In this document: piece after piece, positions 27,925 through 38,765 of the stretch
How positions within the stretch are numbered: the first letter of the stretch is position 1
How the letters are laid out: each line of letters starts with the position of its first letter
DNA from: Candidatus Poribacteria bacterium
GTDB lineage: Bacteria; Poribacteria; WGA-4E; UBA9662
Assembly: GCA_046582655.1 (NCBI GenBank)
Contig: JAYGDX010000198.1
Span: 9,624 to 73,623 of the forward strand
Direction: 5' to 3'
DNA length: 64,000 nucleotides
The notes under the pieces: model-generated
Database searches by the model: none
What the model was told of the DNA's origin: nothing
The model's input: only the letters and a program-made list of their open reading frames with translations
Position numbers and translations under genes: made by a program

Positions 27925-29844
27925 ATGATCAGCAAAGGTAGAGATCAACATCTGGGGTTAACTTGGCGGATCTTATTTATTGTTGTGTTGATTGCTCCTG
28001 TTAACTGCTATTTCCTAATTCAGATGGAGTTGGTACGCTATACTTTCCCGACTTGGGTTGTTCCTCTTTCAAATGTCGTTTTTATCTTGGTGGTAATTAT
28101 AATTATCAATCTCCTCCTGAGTTGGATTTGGCCGAGATCCGTGTTGCGTGCCGATGAACTCATCGTGCTCTATGTGATGTTGAGCTTGACTACTACCATG
28201 GCAGGTTGTGACATGTTGCAAGCGGTATTGTCGGTCTTGGGACACGGATTTTGGTTCGCCACCGAAGAGAACGAGTGGAAAGAGCTGTTCTGGGATCATC
28301 TTCCTAGATGGCTGACCGTTTCTGATAGAAGCGTTTTATACGGGTATTATACCGGTGATTCCAGTCTCTATTTGTCACATCATCTGAAAGTTTGGATTCC
28401 TGTCTTGCTCGGCTGGCTGTTTCTATTTTTTATGTTGGCCATAATCTTTCTCTGTTTGAATACGATTCTACGTCGTCAGTGGGCGGATCGGGAACGACTG
28501 ACATTTCCTATCATTCAACTGCCACTGGAGATGACCAACTCCACCGCCGTTTTCTTCGGAAATAAGCGGATGTGGTTGGGAGTAGGTATCGCTAGCGGTA
28601 TCAGTTTGCTTAACGGACTCAGTGTCATATATCCATCACTGCCTTCCCTCCCGATTACGCGGCGTTTCTTTACCTTTAATGAACCACCATTGAGTCTCTA
28701 TGGCGGCGCTATCGTTGCTTTTTATCCTTTCGCTATTGGGATCATGTTTCTGATGCCTTTGGACGTACTATTTTCTACGGCACTGTTCTATTTTCTGTAT
28801 CGAAATGAGGTTGCATTGGCTGAAGCTATAGGGTGGCGTGGCCTGCCTAAATTTCCCTATTGGGATCAACAAGCCTTTGGTGCCTTTGTGGGGCTGTGCG
28901 TTTTCTTCGTCTGGATTGGGAAGCACCACTTTAAACAGGTACTGGCAAGTGCCCTGGGACGACCGGCAGAAATTGATGACATGGATCAACCAATACGGTA
29001 TCGGACGGCTGTCTGGGGGCTTTTTGGGGGACTGTTTCTGTTTGCTTTCGCCCTGTATAGAGCGGGAATGACGTTTTGGATAGCCGTTACCTTCACCTTC
29101 CTTTTTTTGATTACTCCGATCATTACTACCCGCATCCGTGCTGAGTCCGGTATCTTTGTGCATGCCTATCACTGGTTGGCACCGCGGTACATACTAGGGA
29201 CGATTCTGGGTACTCGACGGCTTGGTCCGCAAAACTTAACCATTTTATCTGTTTGCTTTTTCAACCGAGACTATCGGCCACAACAGATGCCGCATCAATT
29301 GGAGGCCTTTAAAATTGCTGAGACCACTGGTATTAATCACAGAAGGATGATGTGGGCTATTCTGATCTCCACTGCTCTTGGTATTCTTGTTGCTTTTTGG
29401 GTACAACTTCATCTGTACTATCAGAAAGGTGCCAACTCTGGGTATTATGGTCCTTGGGCACTTGGATATGGACGGGAATATTTTAGGCGGCTGACAAACT
29501 GGATTTCTTATCCGACCAACACCGATTGGATCAGCGTCTTGTTTATGGGAGTAGGATTTTCTATCATGATGGTGTTGACATACTTGCGTGTCAAATTTTT
29601 TTGGTTGCCTTTGCATCCGTTGGGTTACGTGATGGCCAGCAACCAGGAGATGTCAGATCTTTGGGCGCCAATTTGTATTTGTCTAGTATTGAAGTGGACG
29701 ATTCTCCGGCACGGCGGGATCAGAAGCTATCGACGTGCGGTTCCATTCTTTTTGGGGCTGGTGTTGGGTGACTATCTGATGGGCAGTGTCTGGAGTCTTT
29801 TAAGTGTCCTGTTGAATACAGATATGTATCAATTTTATCCATAA
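27925..29844 (+). CDS. Polytopic membrane protein (DUF6785/DUF6784-like)
   Basis: About 15 hydrophobic segments; RRQW..ERLTFP, RIRAESG and PLHPLGY motifs. Confidence 0.7.
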   Translation: MISKGRDQHLGLTWRILFIVVLIAPVNCYFLIQMELVRYTFPTWVVPLSNVVFILVVIIIINLLLSWIWPRSVLRADELIVLYVMLSLTTTMAGCDMLQAVLSVLGHGFWFATEENEWKELFWDHLPRWLTVSDRSVLYGYYTGDSSLYLSHHLKVWIPVLLGWLFLFFMLAIIFLCLNTILRRQWADRERLTFPIIQLPLEMTNSTAVFFGNKRMWLGVGIASGISLLNGLSVIYPSLPSLPITRRFFTFNEPPLSLYGGAIVAFYPFAIGIMFLMPLDVLFSTALFYFLYRNEVALAEAIGWRGLPKFPYWDQQAFGAFVGLCVFFVWIGKHHFKQVLASALGRPAEIDDMDQPIRYRTAVWGLFGGLFLFAFALYRAGMTFWIAVTFTFLFLITPIITTRIRAESGIFVHAYHWLAPRYILGTILGTRRLGPQNLTILSVCFFNRDYRPQQMPHQLEAFKIAETTGINHRRMMWAILISTALGILVAFWVQLHLYYQKGANSGYYGPWALGYGREYFRRLTNWISYPTNTDWISVLFMGVGFSIMMVLTYLRVKFFWLPLHPLGYVMASNQEMSDLWAPICICLVLKWTILRHGGIRSYRRAVPFFLGLVLGDYLMGSVWSLLSVLLNTDMYQFYP

Positions 29845-30063
29845 AGACCTATGACATAAACCAAGGCAGGGATGGTTCGCCATGGAAAGGTACGATCGAA
29901 AAAATCGGAGTAAGTTATTGTAATTATTGATAAAATATCTGATAATATTTGACGCATCTTCGTGCTTGGGATTTTATTGAAGTAATGACTATTTAGATCT
30001 AGAAAATGATGATTAGGCAGCTACACCATTTGCCACGTGCTCTAATCTACAATCAACTGCTGA

Positions 30064-30525
30064 ATGGGATTTCCTAAGTTTTCCCGATCAAGAAGGAATT
30101 GGGGGTCTTCAGGTGAACCATCCGTCTGTATGTACCGGTGAAATAGGCGAGCAAATTGATGTCGCCACTAGCTGGACATGAAACGAAAAAATCTGTTTCT
30201 GAGAAACAAAGGGGGAAATTATTACCCGTTATTTGTTTCCGTCAATGAGCAGGTTGACCTGTCGGCCTTGGCCGGAATTGAGCTCGGCTTCTTCAGATCG
30301 ACTGAAATGATTTTTGGATGTTTAGCTTGGTATTGTTAGCATCTTGCTAATGCAAAAAGCAGAGAAGTTAAAATGCTTATTGATGTAGATGTACATACAG
30401 CGGAATCAACTAGGTGCCGTCCTTTGATAAATACGGATACACTTTCAATAGACAAGGCCAATATGGAAAAGTTTCTGGCTGTAACCGGTCATAGCTTTGA
30501 GGTAATTGATATACCTGTTCGTTGA
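30064..30525 (+). pseudogene. Degraded YbaK/ProX-family aminoacyl-tRNA editing (PrdX-like) gene
   Basis: Fragments HPSVCT, ASSDRLK, CRPLINTDTLSI and EKFLAVTGHSFEVIDIPVR* spread across frames with stops. Confidence 0.7.
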
Positions 30526-30542
30526 AGCGAGGAAGCAATTGA

Positions 30543-32573
30543 ATGTTGGTAGGAACTATTTTACCTGAACTCCTGAAATTGGGCTTGGACCAGTCAGAAT
30601 CGGAAAAGATCTTTGCCCAAATACGCCAGTTACCGACTGATCTGCCGAGCGATCAGCGTTGGCGTCATATCTCCAAAAAAGTCTTGAACAAAAACCATCC
30701 AATTAAAGTGCATAGGTATTTACATCATTATATCTATCAAGATTGGAATACCGATGAAAGTCCTATACCCGTTTGGACACCAGGGAAAAATGACATCAAA
30801 AACAGTAATATCTACCGCTTGATGCAGGAAAAAAATATCAGTTCATACAACAGTTTATACAACTGGTCAATAACTGATAAACCCTCTTTCTGGCGTAAAA
30901 TGATAGATCTTTTAAATATCCAGTTTAAGAAACCTTATAGTGAAATCGTGGATTTAAAAGATGGTGTGACATCACCAAACTGGCTCAGTTCCGCTGAACT
31001 GAATATTGTTGATTCTTGTTTCCGCGCGGCGGATGACGCGCAGGCTGTTGTCTTTCAACCGGAAGGCGACAAAGTTTCCGCAATCAGCTACAGAGAACTG
31101 GAATTGTTGGTCAATCGCATTGCTAACAGTTTGATCAAAGAGGATATCAAAAAGGGAGATTATGTTGGGATTGATATGCCAATGACACTAGAGTCAGTGG
31201 CGATTTATTTAGCTTGTCTCAAAGTTGGAGCAGTGGTAGTCACAATTGCTGATAGTTTCGCTGTCGAAGAGATTAAAGTCCGCCTGCAAATCGCCGATGT
31301 CTCTCTGGTTTTGACTCAGGATTATTTATTGTGGGCAGGTAAAAGATTACCCCTTTATGCTCGAGTTAAAGAAGCCTACCTTGGTTGTGTAATTGTGATC
31401 CGTACGGGTGATGCAGATATTGGCTTAAGAGATCAGGACTTGGTGTGGGAAACTTTTTTATCTGAAAACGATCAGTTTGAGTCGGTCACCTGTTCCCCCT
31501 CAGATTACTGTACAATCCTTTTCTCGTCTGGTACAACGGGTGTCCCGAAAGCAATCCCATGGACACATACCACAGCCATCAAAGCTGCCAGTGATGCCTA
31601 TTTGCACCATGATGTCAAAGAAGGAGAGTGCCTGTGCTGGCCAACAAATCTAGGTTGGATGATGGGCCCTTGGCTGGTTTTTGCTTCTCTGATCAATCAA
31701 TCAAGTATGGCGCTTTATTATGGCACGCCAACTACAAACGAATTCTCCCAATTTGTAGGTCAGGTGGAAGTCAATATGCTGGGACTAGTGCCAAGCCTAG
31801 TCTCACATTGGCGGGCTATCGATTGTATTCGTCAACATGACTGGTCAAAAATAAAAGTTTTGAGTTCTACTGGTGAATGTTCCAATCCAGAGGATATGTT
31901 TTACTTGATGGCGATGGTCGATTACAAACCGATCATAGAATATTGTGGCGGAACTGAGATTGGAGGAGGTTATATTACTGGCAGTGTAGTTCAGCCTACT
32001 GTACCGGCCTGCTTTTCTACACCAGCTTTGGGTAGCGAGCTGGTCATTCTTGACGCAAACCATGAGCCAGTTGATAATGGTGAAGTTTTCCTGTTACCTC
32101 CTGCCATGGGATTATCGACAGAACTTCTGAATCAAGATCACCATCAGGTTTATTATGGTCATATTCCTCCTTATCAGAACCGAATCTGTCGGCGCCACGG
32201 CGATCAAATGGAGCGGTTGCCCGGCAACTATTTTCGTGCACACGGCAGATTCGATGATTCCATGAACTTGAGTGGAATAAAGGTCAGTTCCAACCAGATT
32301 GAAGGCGTACTTAACCGGCTCGATTTTGTCAAAGAATCAGCCGCAGTAGCCGTTGCCCCCAAAGGTGGTGGTCCTAGTAACCTAATCATTTATGTAGTTG
32401 CCCGTGACGGCTGTCAACTAAAGCCAACCGAAATGCAACTGGTTATGCAGGAAGCGATTCGACGAAACCTGAATCCTCTATTTAAGATAAGTGATCTACG
32501 CTTGGTTGAATTCTTGCCAAGAACCGCTTCAAACAAAGTCATGCGCCGCCAGCTTCGTCAGGACTATGTTTAG
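30543..32573 (+). CDS. AMP-dependent acyl-CoA synthetase
   Basis: ILFSSGTTGVPK, STGE, YCGGTEIGG, GRFDD, LPRTASNK. Confidence 0.92.
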   Translation: MLVGTILPELLKLGLDQSESEKIFAQIRQLPTDLPSDQRWRHISKKVLNKNHPIKVHRYLHHYIYQDWNTDESPIPVWTPGKNDIKNSNIYRLMQEKNISSYNSLYNWSITDKPSFWRKMIDLLNIQFKKPYSEIVDLKDGVTSPNWLSSAELNIVDSCFRAADDAQAVVFQPEGDKVSAISYRELELLVNRIANSLIKEDIKKGDYVGIDMPMTLESVAIYLACLKVGAVVVTIADSFAVEEIKVRLQIADVSLVLTQDYLLWAGKRLPLYARVKEAYLGCVIVIRTGDADIGLRDQDLVWETFLSENDQFESVTCSPSDYCTILFSSGTTGVPKAIPWTHTTAIKAASDAYLHHDVKEGECLCWPTNLGWMMGPWLVFASLINQSSMALYYGTPTTNEFSQFVGQVEVNMLGLVPSLVSHWRAIDCIRQHDWSKIKVLSSTGECSNPEDMFYLMAMVDYKPIIEYCGGTEIGGGYITGSVVQPTVPACFSTPALGSELVILDANHEPVDNGEVFLLPPAMGLSTELLNQDHHQVYYGHIPPYQNRICRRHGDQMERLPGNYFRAHGRFDDSMNLSGIKVSSNQIEGVLNRLDFVKESAAVAVAPKGGGPSNLIIYVVARDGCQLKPTEMQLVMQEAIRRNLNPLFKISDLRLVEFLPRTASNKVMRRQLRQDYV

Positions 32574-32591
32574 CTTAGTGTTGGAGGAAAT

Positions 32592-33785
32592 ATGAGTTCT
32601 GTGGTTCCAAAAGTGGTGATTGTAAAAGCGATACGCACGGCAATTGGCAGTTTTGGCGGTTCATTGAAAGAACTGGAAGCCAGTCAACTGGGCGCGATTC
32701 TGATTGATCATATCATTAAGACCAGCGATCTGGAAAAAGATTTGATCAGCGAAGTCATCATGGGTCAGGTCTATACAGCTGGGTGCGGTTTGAATCCAGC
32801 TCGGATTGCCAGCATCAAGGCAGGATTACCGTATAGCGTACCGGCTACCACGGTGAATCAGGTCTGTGGTTCCGGCCTGAAGTCGATCATCATGGGTACC
32901 GAAAGCATCTTAGCTGACGAATCTAAGGTAGTGATTGCCGGCGGGATGGAGAGTATGAGTCAGACACCATTTTTAGTGTCAGGTCAACGATGGGGACACA
33001 AAATGGGACATCTACAAATGACGGATTCAATCATCAAAGATGGGTTATCGGATCCTTTCCATCATTGCCATATGGGGATTACGGCCGAAAACTTAGCCCA
33101 TCAATATAAACTGTCACGTCAGGAGCAGGACGAATTTGCTTGCTACAGCCAGCAAAAATATCAGCAGGCCTTGAGAGCTGGTCTGTTCACTAATGAGATT
33201 GTACCGATTGAGATACCTTGGAAGAAGAATGCGTCTGTCGTATTTGATCGGGATGAGCATCCACGGGCTGGTGTCTCGATTGATTCCTTAGCTAGGTTAA
33301 AACCCAGTTTTCAGGATGATGGTACCGTTACCGCCGGAAATTCGTCGGGAATCAATGACGGCGCCTCGGCAGTACTGATGATGACGGAAGATAAGGCTAA
33401 GCAGTTGGGACTGGAAATCATGTCTGCTGTCAAAGCGTACGCGACTGTTGGTGTTGATCCGAAATACATGGGTATTGGTCCGGTTTATGCTATTCGCCAG
33501 TTGTTGACTAAAGTAGGTTCACAACTGGATAAGATGGATCTATTTGAGTTAAACGAAGCCTTCGCTGCCCAATCTTTAGCTGTCATCAAAGAATTGGGTT
33601 TGGATTGGAGTAAGGTCAACCTCAATGGCGGGGCCATCGCTTTGGGGCATCCGTTAGGTGCCAGCGGCGCCAGAATCACTACCACCTTGCTGCATCTAAT
33701 GAAAGACAGAAATCTCAGACTTGGTATTTCATCCCTGTGTATCGGTGGAGGTATGGGAATTGCTGTTTTATTTGAAAGATCTTAA
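32592..33785 (+). CDS. atoB: Acetyl-CoA C-acetyltransferase (thiolase)
   Basis: NQVCGSG, NEAFA, GHPLGASG, CIGGG. Confidence 0.92.
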   Translation: MSSVVPKVVIVKAIRTAIGSFGGSLKELEASQLGAILIDHIIKTSDLEKDLISEVIMGQVYTAGCGLNPARIASIKAGLPYSVPATTVNQVCGSGLKSIIMGTESILADESKVVIAGGMESMSQTPFLVSGQRWGHKMGHLQMTDSIIKDGLSDPFHHCHMGITAENLAHQYKLSRQEQDEFACYSQQKYQQALRAGLFTNEIVPIEIPWKKNASVVFDRDEHPRAGVSIDSLARLKPSFQDDGTVTAGNSSGINDGASAVLMMTEDKAKQLGLEIMSAVKAYATVGVDPKYMGIGPVYAIRQLLTKVGSQLDKMDLFELNEAFAAQSLAVIKELGLDWSKVNLNGGAIALGHPLGASGARITTTLLHLMKDRNLRLGISSLCIGGGMGIAVLFERS

Positions 33786-34123
33786 TGATTTAGGCGGAGT
33801 ATTTGTTTTCAAAAAGATGGTCGTTGAATGGCATGATATAGGCCTATGGTTAAGATAATAGTATAATCTCTTCCACAATAAGGAACGTTCTATCTCGTAT
33901 TGATTTGAACTTGACAAAATGTATCGGATGAGACCAAACCGGGTAGTGACAAAGAGATGGCAGGGAGAAGGAACTGTCCAGTTTCATTAAGCTAAGATAG
34001 GCAGATCTGCCTACCCAGTACACTATTGTCAAAACGATTGGTGGGAAAGATCTCAGCGGTCAGTGGATACTTGCAATGAACATTCCATCTTTAGCCATCG
34101 ATAACTAAGATCCGGTTTCCCAA

Positions 34124-36304
34124 ATGGTTAACCCCTATCGAATCGATATATTGAACACAGTTATGAGATTGAAACCTTTAAGTTTAGTTCTGCTATTGAT
34201 CTGCTTACAGGCGACTGCCGACACGTCCATTTTTATTATTACCGGGGTGGTGATTGATCAGGATAATTCAGGGGCAAATCAGATCAAGGTTTATGTTGTA
34301 AATAAGACCAAAACCGGTACGGCCACACCCAAGTGGACGCATACGGTAACAGATAGCAACGGCAGGTATCAAGTCCTGCTGATGAAGATGGAAAACCAGC
34401 TAAAAGTGGCTAGCAACGGTGATGAATTTCTAGTGGCAATTATCGATAAAAATAACGTGGTGGTAGCCCGTCAGAGTCACATTGTGACTGAGAAGGAAAT
34501 AAATTCGAAACACGCAATGATTGACGTTAGAATTCCTACCCCACCAGTGGCCGTGCAGCAAACGGTTATCATGGATGAGGACACAACCAAATTGATTACC
34601 TTAATTGCCGAGAGTCGTGAGGAAGGGCAACTGACTTACCGAATAGTTCGTCCGCCCAAACATGGTAACCTTTCGCCGGTTAGTCAGGCTGATTTTGCTT
34701 ATACACCCAATCAAGATTATCATGGCCCAGATTCTTTTGTTTTTAATGCCAGCGACGGTGTAGCGGATAGTAGGGCAGTGACAGTTACCCTGACGGTCAA
34801 TGCTATTAACGATGCGCCAGTTGCCATAGGTCAATCAGTTACCACTACTGAAGATACTCCTGTAACCATTCATCTGGCAGTAACTGATTTGGAAGGGGGG
34901 GCTTTTGCCTATTCGATTGTCTCACCACCTGAGAACGGCCATTTGTCAGGACAGATGCCGAACCCAACATATATTTCGGATCCCAACTTTGATGGTACAG
35001 ACACCTTTACTTTCAAAGTCAATGACGGAACCAATGATAGCCAGGTTGCCACTGTGACTATCACTGTTGATTCGATTAATGATAGCCCGGTTGCTGTTGA
35101 TCAAATTGTTGCCATAAATGAGAACAGATCGCAAAAGATTACTTTATTCGCTTACGATAGTGATCATGATGAGCTAACATACCAGATTGTCAAACAGCCA
35201 AGCCACGGCAGAGTGTTTGCTGTTGATGATGCTAATGTAACCTACATACCTAATTTGGACTTTGATGGTATAGACACCTTTACTTTTAAAGTCAATGACG
35301 GAGCTAGTCACAGTCAGATCGCGACTGTAACTCTGGTGGTGGAGAAGCAGATTCCGTTGATTGCTTTTTGGGTGGATATGCGGCAAGATACACGGACGGT
35401 GAAAGTGGGTGGAGCAATCAGTTTTGACTTGTTGGTTCGAGGTGAAAAAGGTTTTCAAGAAACAGTTGATCTTTCGATTGACTTGTCCACGCTGCCGGTT
35501 GATATCAAGGTGGTACCCGAAAGGCAAAGTGTAAGTCCCGGTAGCTCATCCCAGACGGTGATCCTGACCCTGATGACGAAAAATTCAACACCGGTGGGGC
35601 AATACAAAATCAGTGTCGTCTTGGAAAGTGCCAGTGATTCCAAAACAGTTGAGTTGGTATTGTACGTGGAAGCGGAAGTCAAATTGGCAGGTGATGCTAA
35701 CGGAGATCATCAGGTTGATATTCTCGATCTCGTACTGGTAGCGGGTAGTTTTGGTTTGGTGGGAGAGAGCCTGCCTCAGGATGTGAATCAGGACGGCTGG
35801 ATAGATATCCTTGACCTGGTGATGGTCGCCATTGACTTTGGTCAAATTACTGCCGCGCCAAAACTGTTGTCTGGGGAACTAAATTTCACTGCCCAACAGA
35901 GACGGAGTATCCAATCAGCTATAGTTGGATTGGAACACATGTCAGTCAGATCTAAAGCAGAAGAGGTCGCATTAAATGTCCTGAGAGCTGTTCTACCCGA
36001 GAGATTGCCAACTGAAACGCAATTGCTGCCCAATTATCCCAATCCCTTCAATCCTGAAACGTGGATACCTTTTGAGTTAGCTGAGGATGCCGAGGTCTTG
36101 ATAAAGATCTTCGATGCTTCAGGGCAAGCTTTCAGACAAATTGGTCTTGGATATCTTAATGCCGGTTCATACGCGTCAAGAAGGCGTGCCGCTTATTGGA
36201 ATGGCCGTTCAGACTTGGGCCAGTGCGCATCGAGTGGTGTTTACTTCTGTTGGATTTCGGCTGGTCGTTTTTCCTCTATTAGGAAAATGGTTATACTGAA
36301 ATGA
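34124..36304 (+). CDS. Large secreted protein with tandem cadherin/Big_9 repeats, dockerin-like pair and FlgD-Ig-like tail
   Basis: Three repeats like GxDTFTFKVNDG; GDANGDHQVDILDLV and DVNQDGWIDILDLV; NYPNPFNPETWIP...RKMVILK; start may be ATG 34163. Confidence 0.85.
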   Translation: MVNPYRIDILNTVMRLKPLSLVLLLICLQATADTSIFIITGVVIDQDNSGANQIKVYVVNKTKTGTATPKWTHTVTDSNGRYQVLLMKMENQLKVASNGDEFLVAIIDKNNVVVARQSHIVTEKEINSKHAMIDVRIPTPPVAVQQTVIMDEDTTKLITLIAESREEGQLTYRIVRPPKHGNLSPVSQADFAYTPNQDYHGPDSFVFNASDGVADSRAVTVTLTVNAINDAPVAIGQSVTTTEDTPVTIHLAVTDLEGGAFAYSIVSPPENGHLSGQMPNPTYISDPNFDGTDTFTFKVNDGTNDSQVATVTITVDSINDSPVAVDQIVAINENRSQKITLFAYDSDHDELTYQIVKQPSHGRVFAVDDANVTYIPNLDFDGIDTFTFKVNDGASHSQIATVTLVVEKQIPLIAFWVDMRQDTRTVKVGGAISFDLLVRGEKGFQETVDLSIDLSTLPVDIKVVPERQSVSPGSSSQTVILTLMTKNSTPVGQYKISVVLESASDSKTVELVLYVEAEVKLAGDANGDHQVDILDLVLVAGSFGLVGESLPQDVNQDGWIDILDLVMVAIDFGQITAAPKLLSGELNFTAQQRRSIQSAIVGLEHMSVRSKAEEVALNVLRAVLPERLPTETQLLPNYPNPFNPETWIPFELAEDAEVLIKIFDASGQAFRQIGLGYLNAGSYASRRRAAYWNGRSDLGQCASSGVYFCWISAGRFSSIRKMVILK

Positions 36305-36381
36305 TAATTGTTGATTTCTAACCGTCTGAAGGTTGGCTTTTCGGCAAAATCTATTAGCTTAAACAGTTTAAGGGGGAAATT

Positions 36382-37977
36382 GTGCCGAAACTTTTGTTTA
36401 GCCTCGTCGCACTTGTTGTTTTAGCAATTACGTTAACAGCATCCGCATTGACGACAGTTTTGATAGATCCAGTTACAGTAGCGTTGCCGGAGGTTGGTCA
36501 GCAACTGGAGATACAGGTTAAAATCTCTGGTGGTAGAAGTATAGCCGGCTACCAATTAACGTTAATTTATGACCAGACTGTACTAACATATGTCAATATC
36601 AAGATTGGTGACTACCTGCCACCGGACGCATTTTTGGTTCCTCCAGTATCCTCTCCTGGTTCAGTAATGGTTGGTGCCGTAGCTATTAGTGGTGTAGCCA
36701 GGAAGACAGATGGCACCTTGGCTCTAGCAACTTTCAAAGTATTAGCTAAAAAAGATTCAACTATTCAACTATCGGAAGTCAGACTGTCCAACCGTGAGGC
36801 ACAGGAGATTCCTGCTACCACCCAAAACGGAAGTGTGTTAAGGAATGGAGGTTTGTTGGCCGATCCCTTAGATTTGGAAGCTACAAAAGATCCTTTGAAT
36901 ACTGACAATTTAGGCAACGCGGATTTGGAGTCTTTGGACGAGCCATTGGATTTGACCAATGCCGCGATTGTCTCAGTTGAACCTGCCGAAATTGGTCTGC
37001 CGGAAGTTGGTCAACAGGTGCGGATTCGGATTAAGATCGCTGGCGGTAGGGAGGTGGCTGGATACCAATTGATGCTGGCGTATGACAAAACTGTTCTAGA
37101 ATATATTGACATCAAGAATGGTGACTATCTACCAGAAGATTTTGCTAAGGTTTTTGAAGTAGAACCGGTAGTTTCTCCTGGATCGGTACTCTACGGTGTT
37201 GCTGCTATTGGCAATGTAGCTAAAGTTGCGGACGGGACGCTGGCTACGGCGACTTTCAAAGTTCTATCCAGAAAAGATTCGGCCATCAGGCTATCAGACG
37301 TTCTTTTGTCCGATGGCAATGCACAACAAATTGCGGTTACTACTCAGGGTAGTCAAATTACTGGTAAAGTTGCGCCCAGAAAACCGGTGATTACCCGGCG
37401 AGCCGATGGGGGAAAATCGCTAAATATCAATGCTACCATCACAGCTGATGGCGAACCGGTGACCGCACTGACATCTATCTACCAGGATCAAGCCGGAATC
37501 ATCGCTGAAGCAGGAACTTTAATCGAGTATCAGGTTAAATTTTCTCGGTTGAGCGTTTTGAAGTCTGGTGGTGTTTACGTTCATACTGCTGATGGTGCTG
37601 TTCTGGGGCCGACTGCTGTGGTACAAGGTATGCGTCATCAAGAAGCAACTACAAGCGGGTGGTCACATCAGCAAATTGGACTTGATCCGATCGCCCGCAA
37701 GAAAATTGTGGCTATCACGGTAGGTACCAAGGTGGAGTCAGCGCCAAAAGGTCTGTTCAGCATGCTGGTGGATAACATCCAGCTAACTGACGGCGACACG
37801 ATTATCAAACCGATATGGTTGTCTGTCGATTGGGCTACCGAGGCAGTAAACGGTAAGATCTACGGTAAACTGATGGGTGTAGATCGACTCAATCTGGGGA
37901 TAGCCAATGATGAAGTGGCCGTTTATCCTCAAGGCAAGATGCTGACTAGCTGGGGATGGGCTAAATCCCATCGGTAA
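36382..37977 (+). CDS. Secreted protein with two cohesin-like domains and WGxxK tail
   Basis: Duplicated module AGYQL.L.YD.TVL.Y..IK.GDYLP...DGTLA.ATFKVL; ends AVYPQGKMLTSWGWAKSHR*. Confidence 0.8.
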   Translation: MPKLLFSLVALVVLAITLTASALTTVLIDPVTVALPEVGQQLEIQVKISGGRSIAGYQLTLIYDQTVLTYVNIKIGDYLPPDAFLVPPVSSPGSVMVGAVAISGVARKTDGTLALATFKVLAKKDSTIQLSEVRLSNREAQEIPATTQNGSVLRNGGLLADPLDLEATKDPLNTDNLGNADLESLDEPLDLTNAAIVSVEPAEIGLPEVGQQVRIRIKIAGGREVAGYQLMLAYDKTVLEYIDIKNGDYLPEDFAKVFEVEPVVSPGSVLYGVAAIGNVAKVADGTLATATFKVLSRKDSAIRLSDVLLSDGNAQQIAVTTQGSQITGKVAPRKPVITRRADGGKSLNINATITADGEPVTALTSIYQDQAGIIAEAGTLIEYQVKFSRLSVLKSGGVYVHTADGAVLGPTAVVQGMRHQEATTSGWSHQQIGLDPIARKKIVAITVGTKVESAPKGLFSMLVDNIQLTDGDTIIKPIWLSVDWATEAVNGKIYGKLMGVDRLNLGIANDEVAVYPQGKMLTSWGWAKSHR

Positions 37978-37984
37978 ACTCTGC

Positions 37985-38578
37985 CAGCTTGATTCATAGA
38001 TGTCCATATAGAAGGCGTCAGCGTATACCGTATGAACTTGCTCTTCTATCAGGTTTTTTGTTCGGAAATTTTCTGCTGGGATTAGCACCATCTGTGTTTC
38101 TGAAATTCGATCTGGTTCTAAAATCTCACCTAAATTGTCTTTCTCAAACGGCTCTTGTTTTTTTTGATACTAGTTTTTTTCAGAAGGGCCAAACGCTCTT
38201 ATTTCTGTAATGGATCCACTATGCTCTGTTTTGTGGGATTCGCCGAGGTAATTAATCCTGATGATATCAGTTTGTCGAATAATACCAAATCTGTGTTTGC
38301 CACTGTTTAACACGCCCTCCTTGAGATGTTACTCTACATCCCCAAAAACGGGTACCATTCCATTGGGGATGTCATCAAGAGGTGGGCCAACAATCGGATC
38401 TTTTAGCTTGATGCCAATGGCTTCCGGATTTTCTTAATGCAGTGGTGCCCCGTGATTGTAGACGAAACGTCTGGTCAGTTGGCATGCTATGATGGATTGT
38501 TTCGGTGCCATCAAACGCATGGTGATGACTACAGGACCAAAGAACCGACCAGCGGGAATGGGTTTCTGGGTTTGACAT
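37985..38578 (-). pseudogene. Degraded gene ending in the start of an FGE-sulfatase domain
   Basis: QMVLIPA..F...VHTVYADAFYMDIYE parallels the start of the FGE domain in 4745-5640; the upstream part is broken by stops. Confidence 0.5.
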
Positions 38579-38765
38579 ATTATGTTAGTATGGTAATGGG
38601 TTGTTTTGGAATTTAGCAGTTTTTCATTTTATCGGAAGTTGACTTCTACATCAAAATGAAGTCTCTTGGTCCGCAGATTGCATTGGCATTCCGATTTTCC
38701 AGAGTATACTTTATTATTATCGAGTTGTTGAAGATGTCTTGAGATTGACTGAGAGCTAACGTCAA

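Noticed and set aside
33900..34100. Possible structured RNA upstream of the surface-protein genes (AGGCAGATCTGCCT palindrome)
   Set aside because: Only one short palindrome, with no recognisable riboswitch consensus or second copy.
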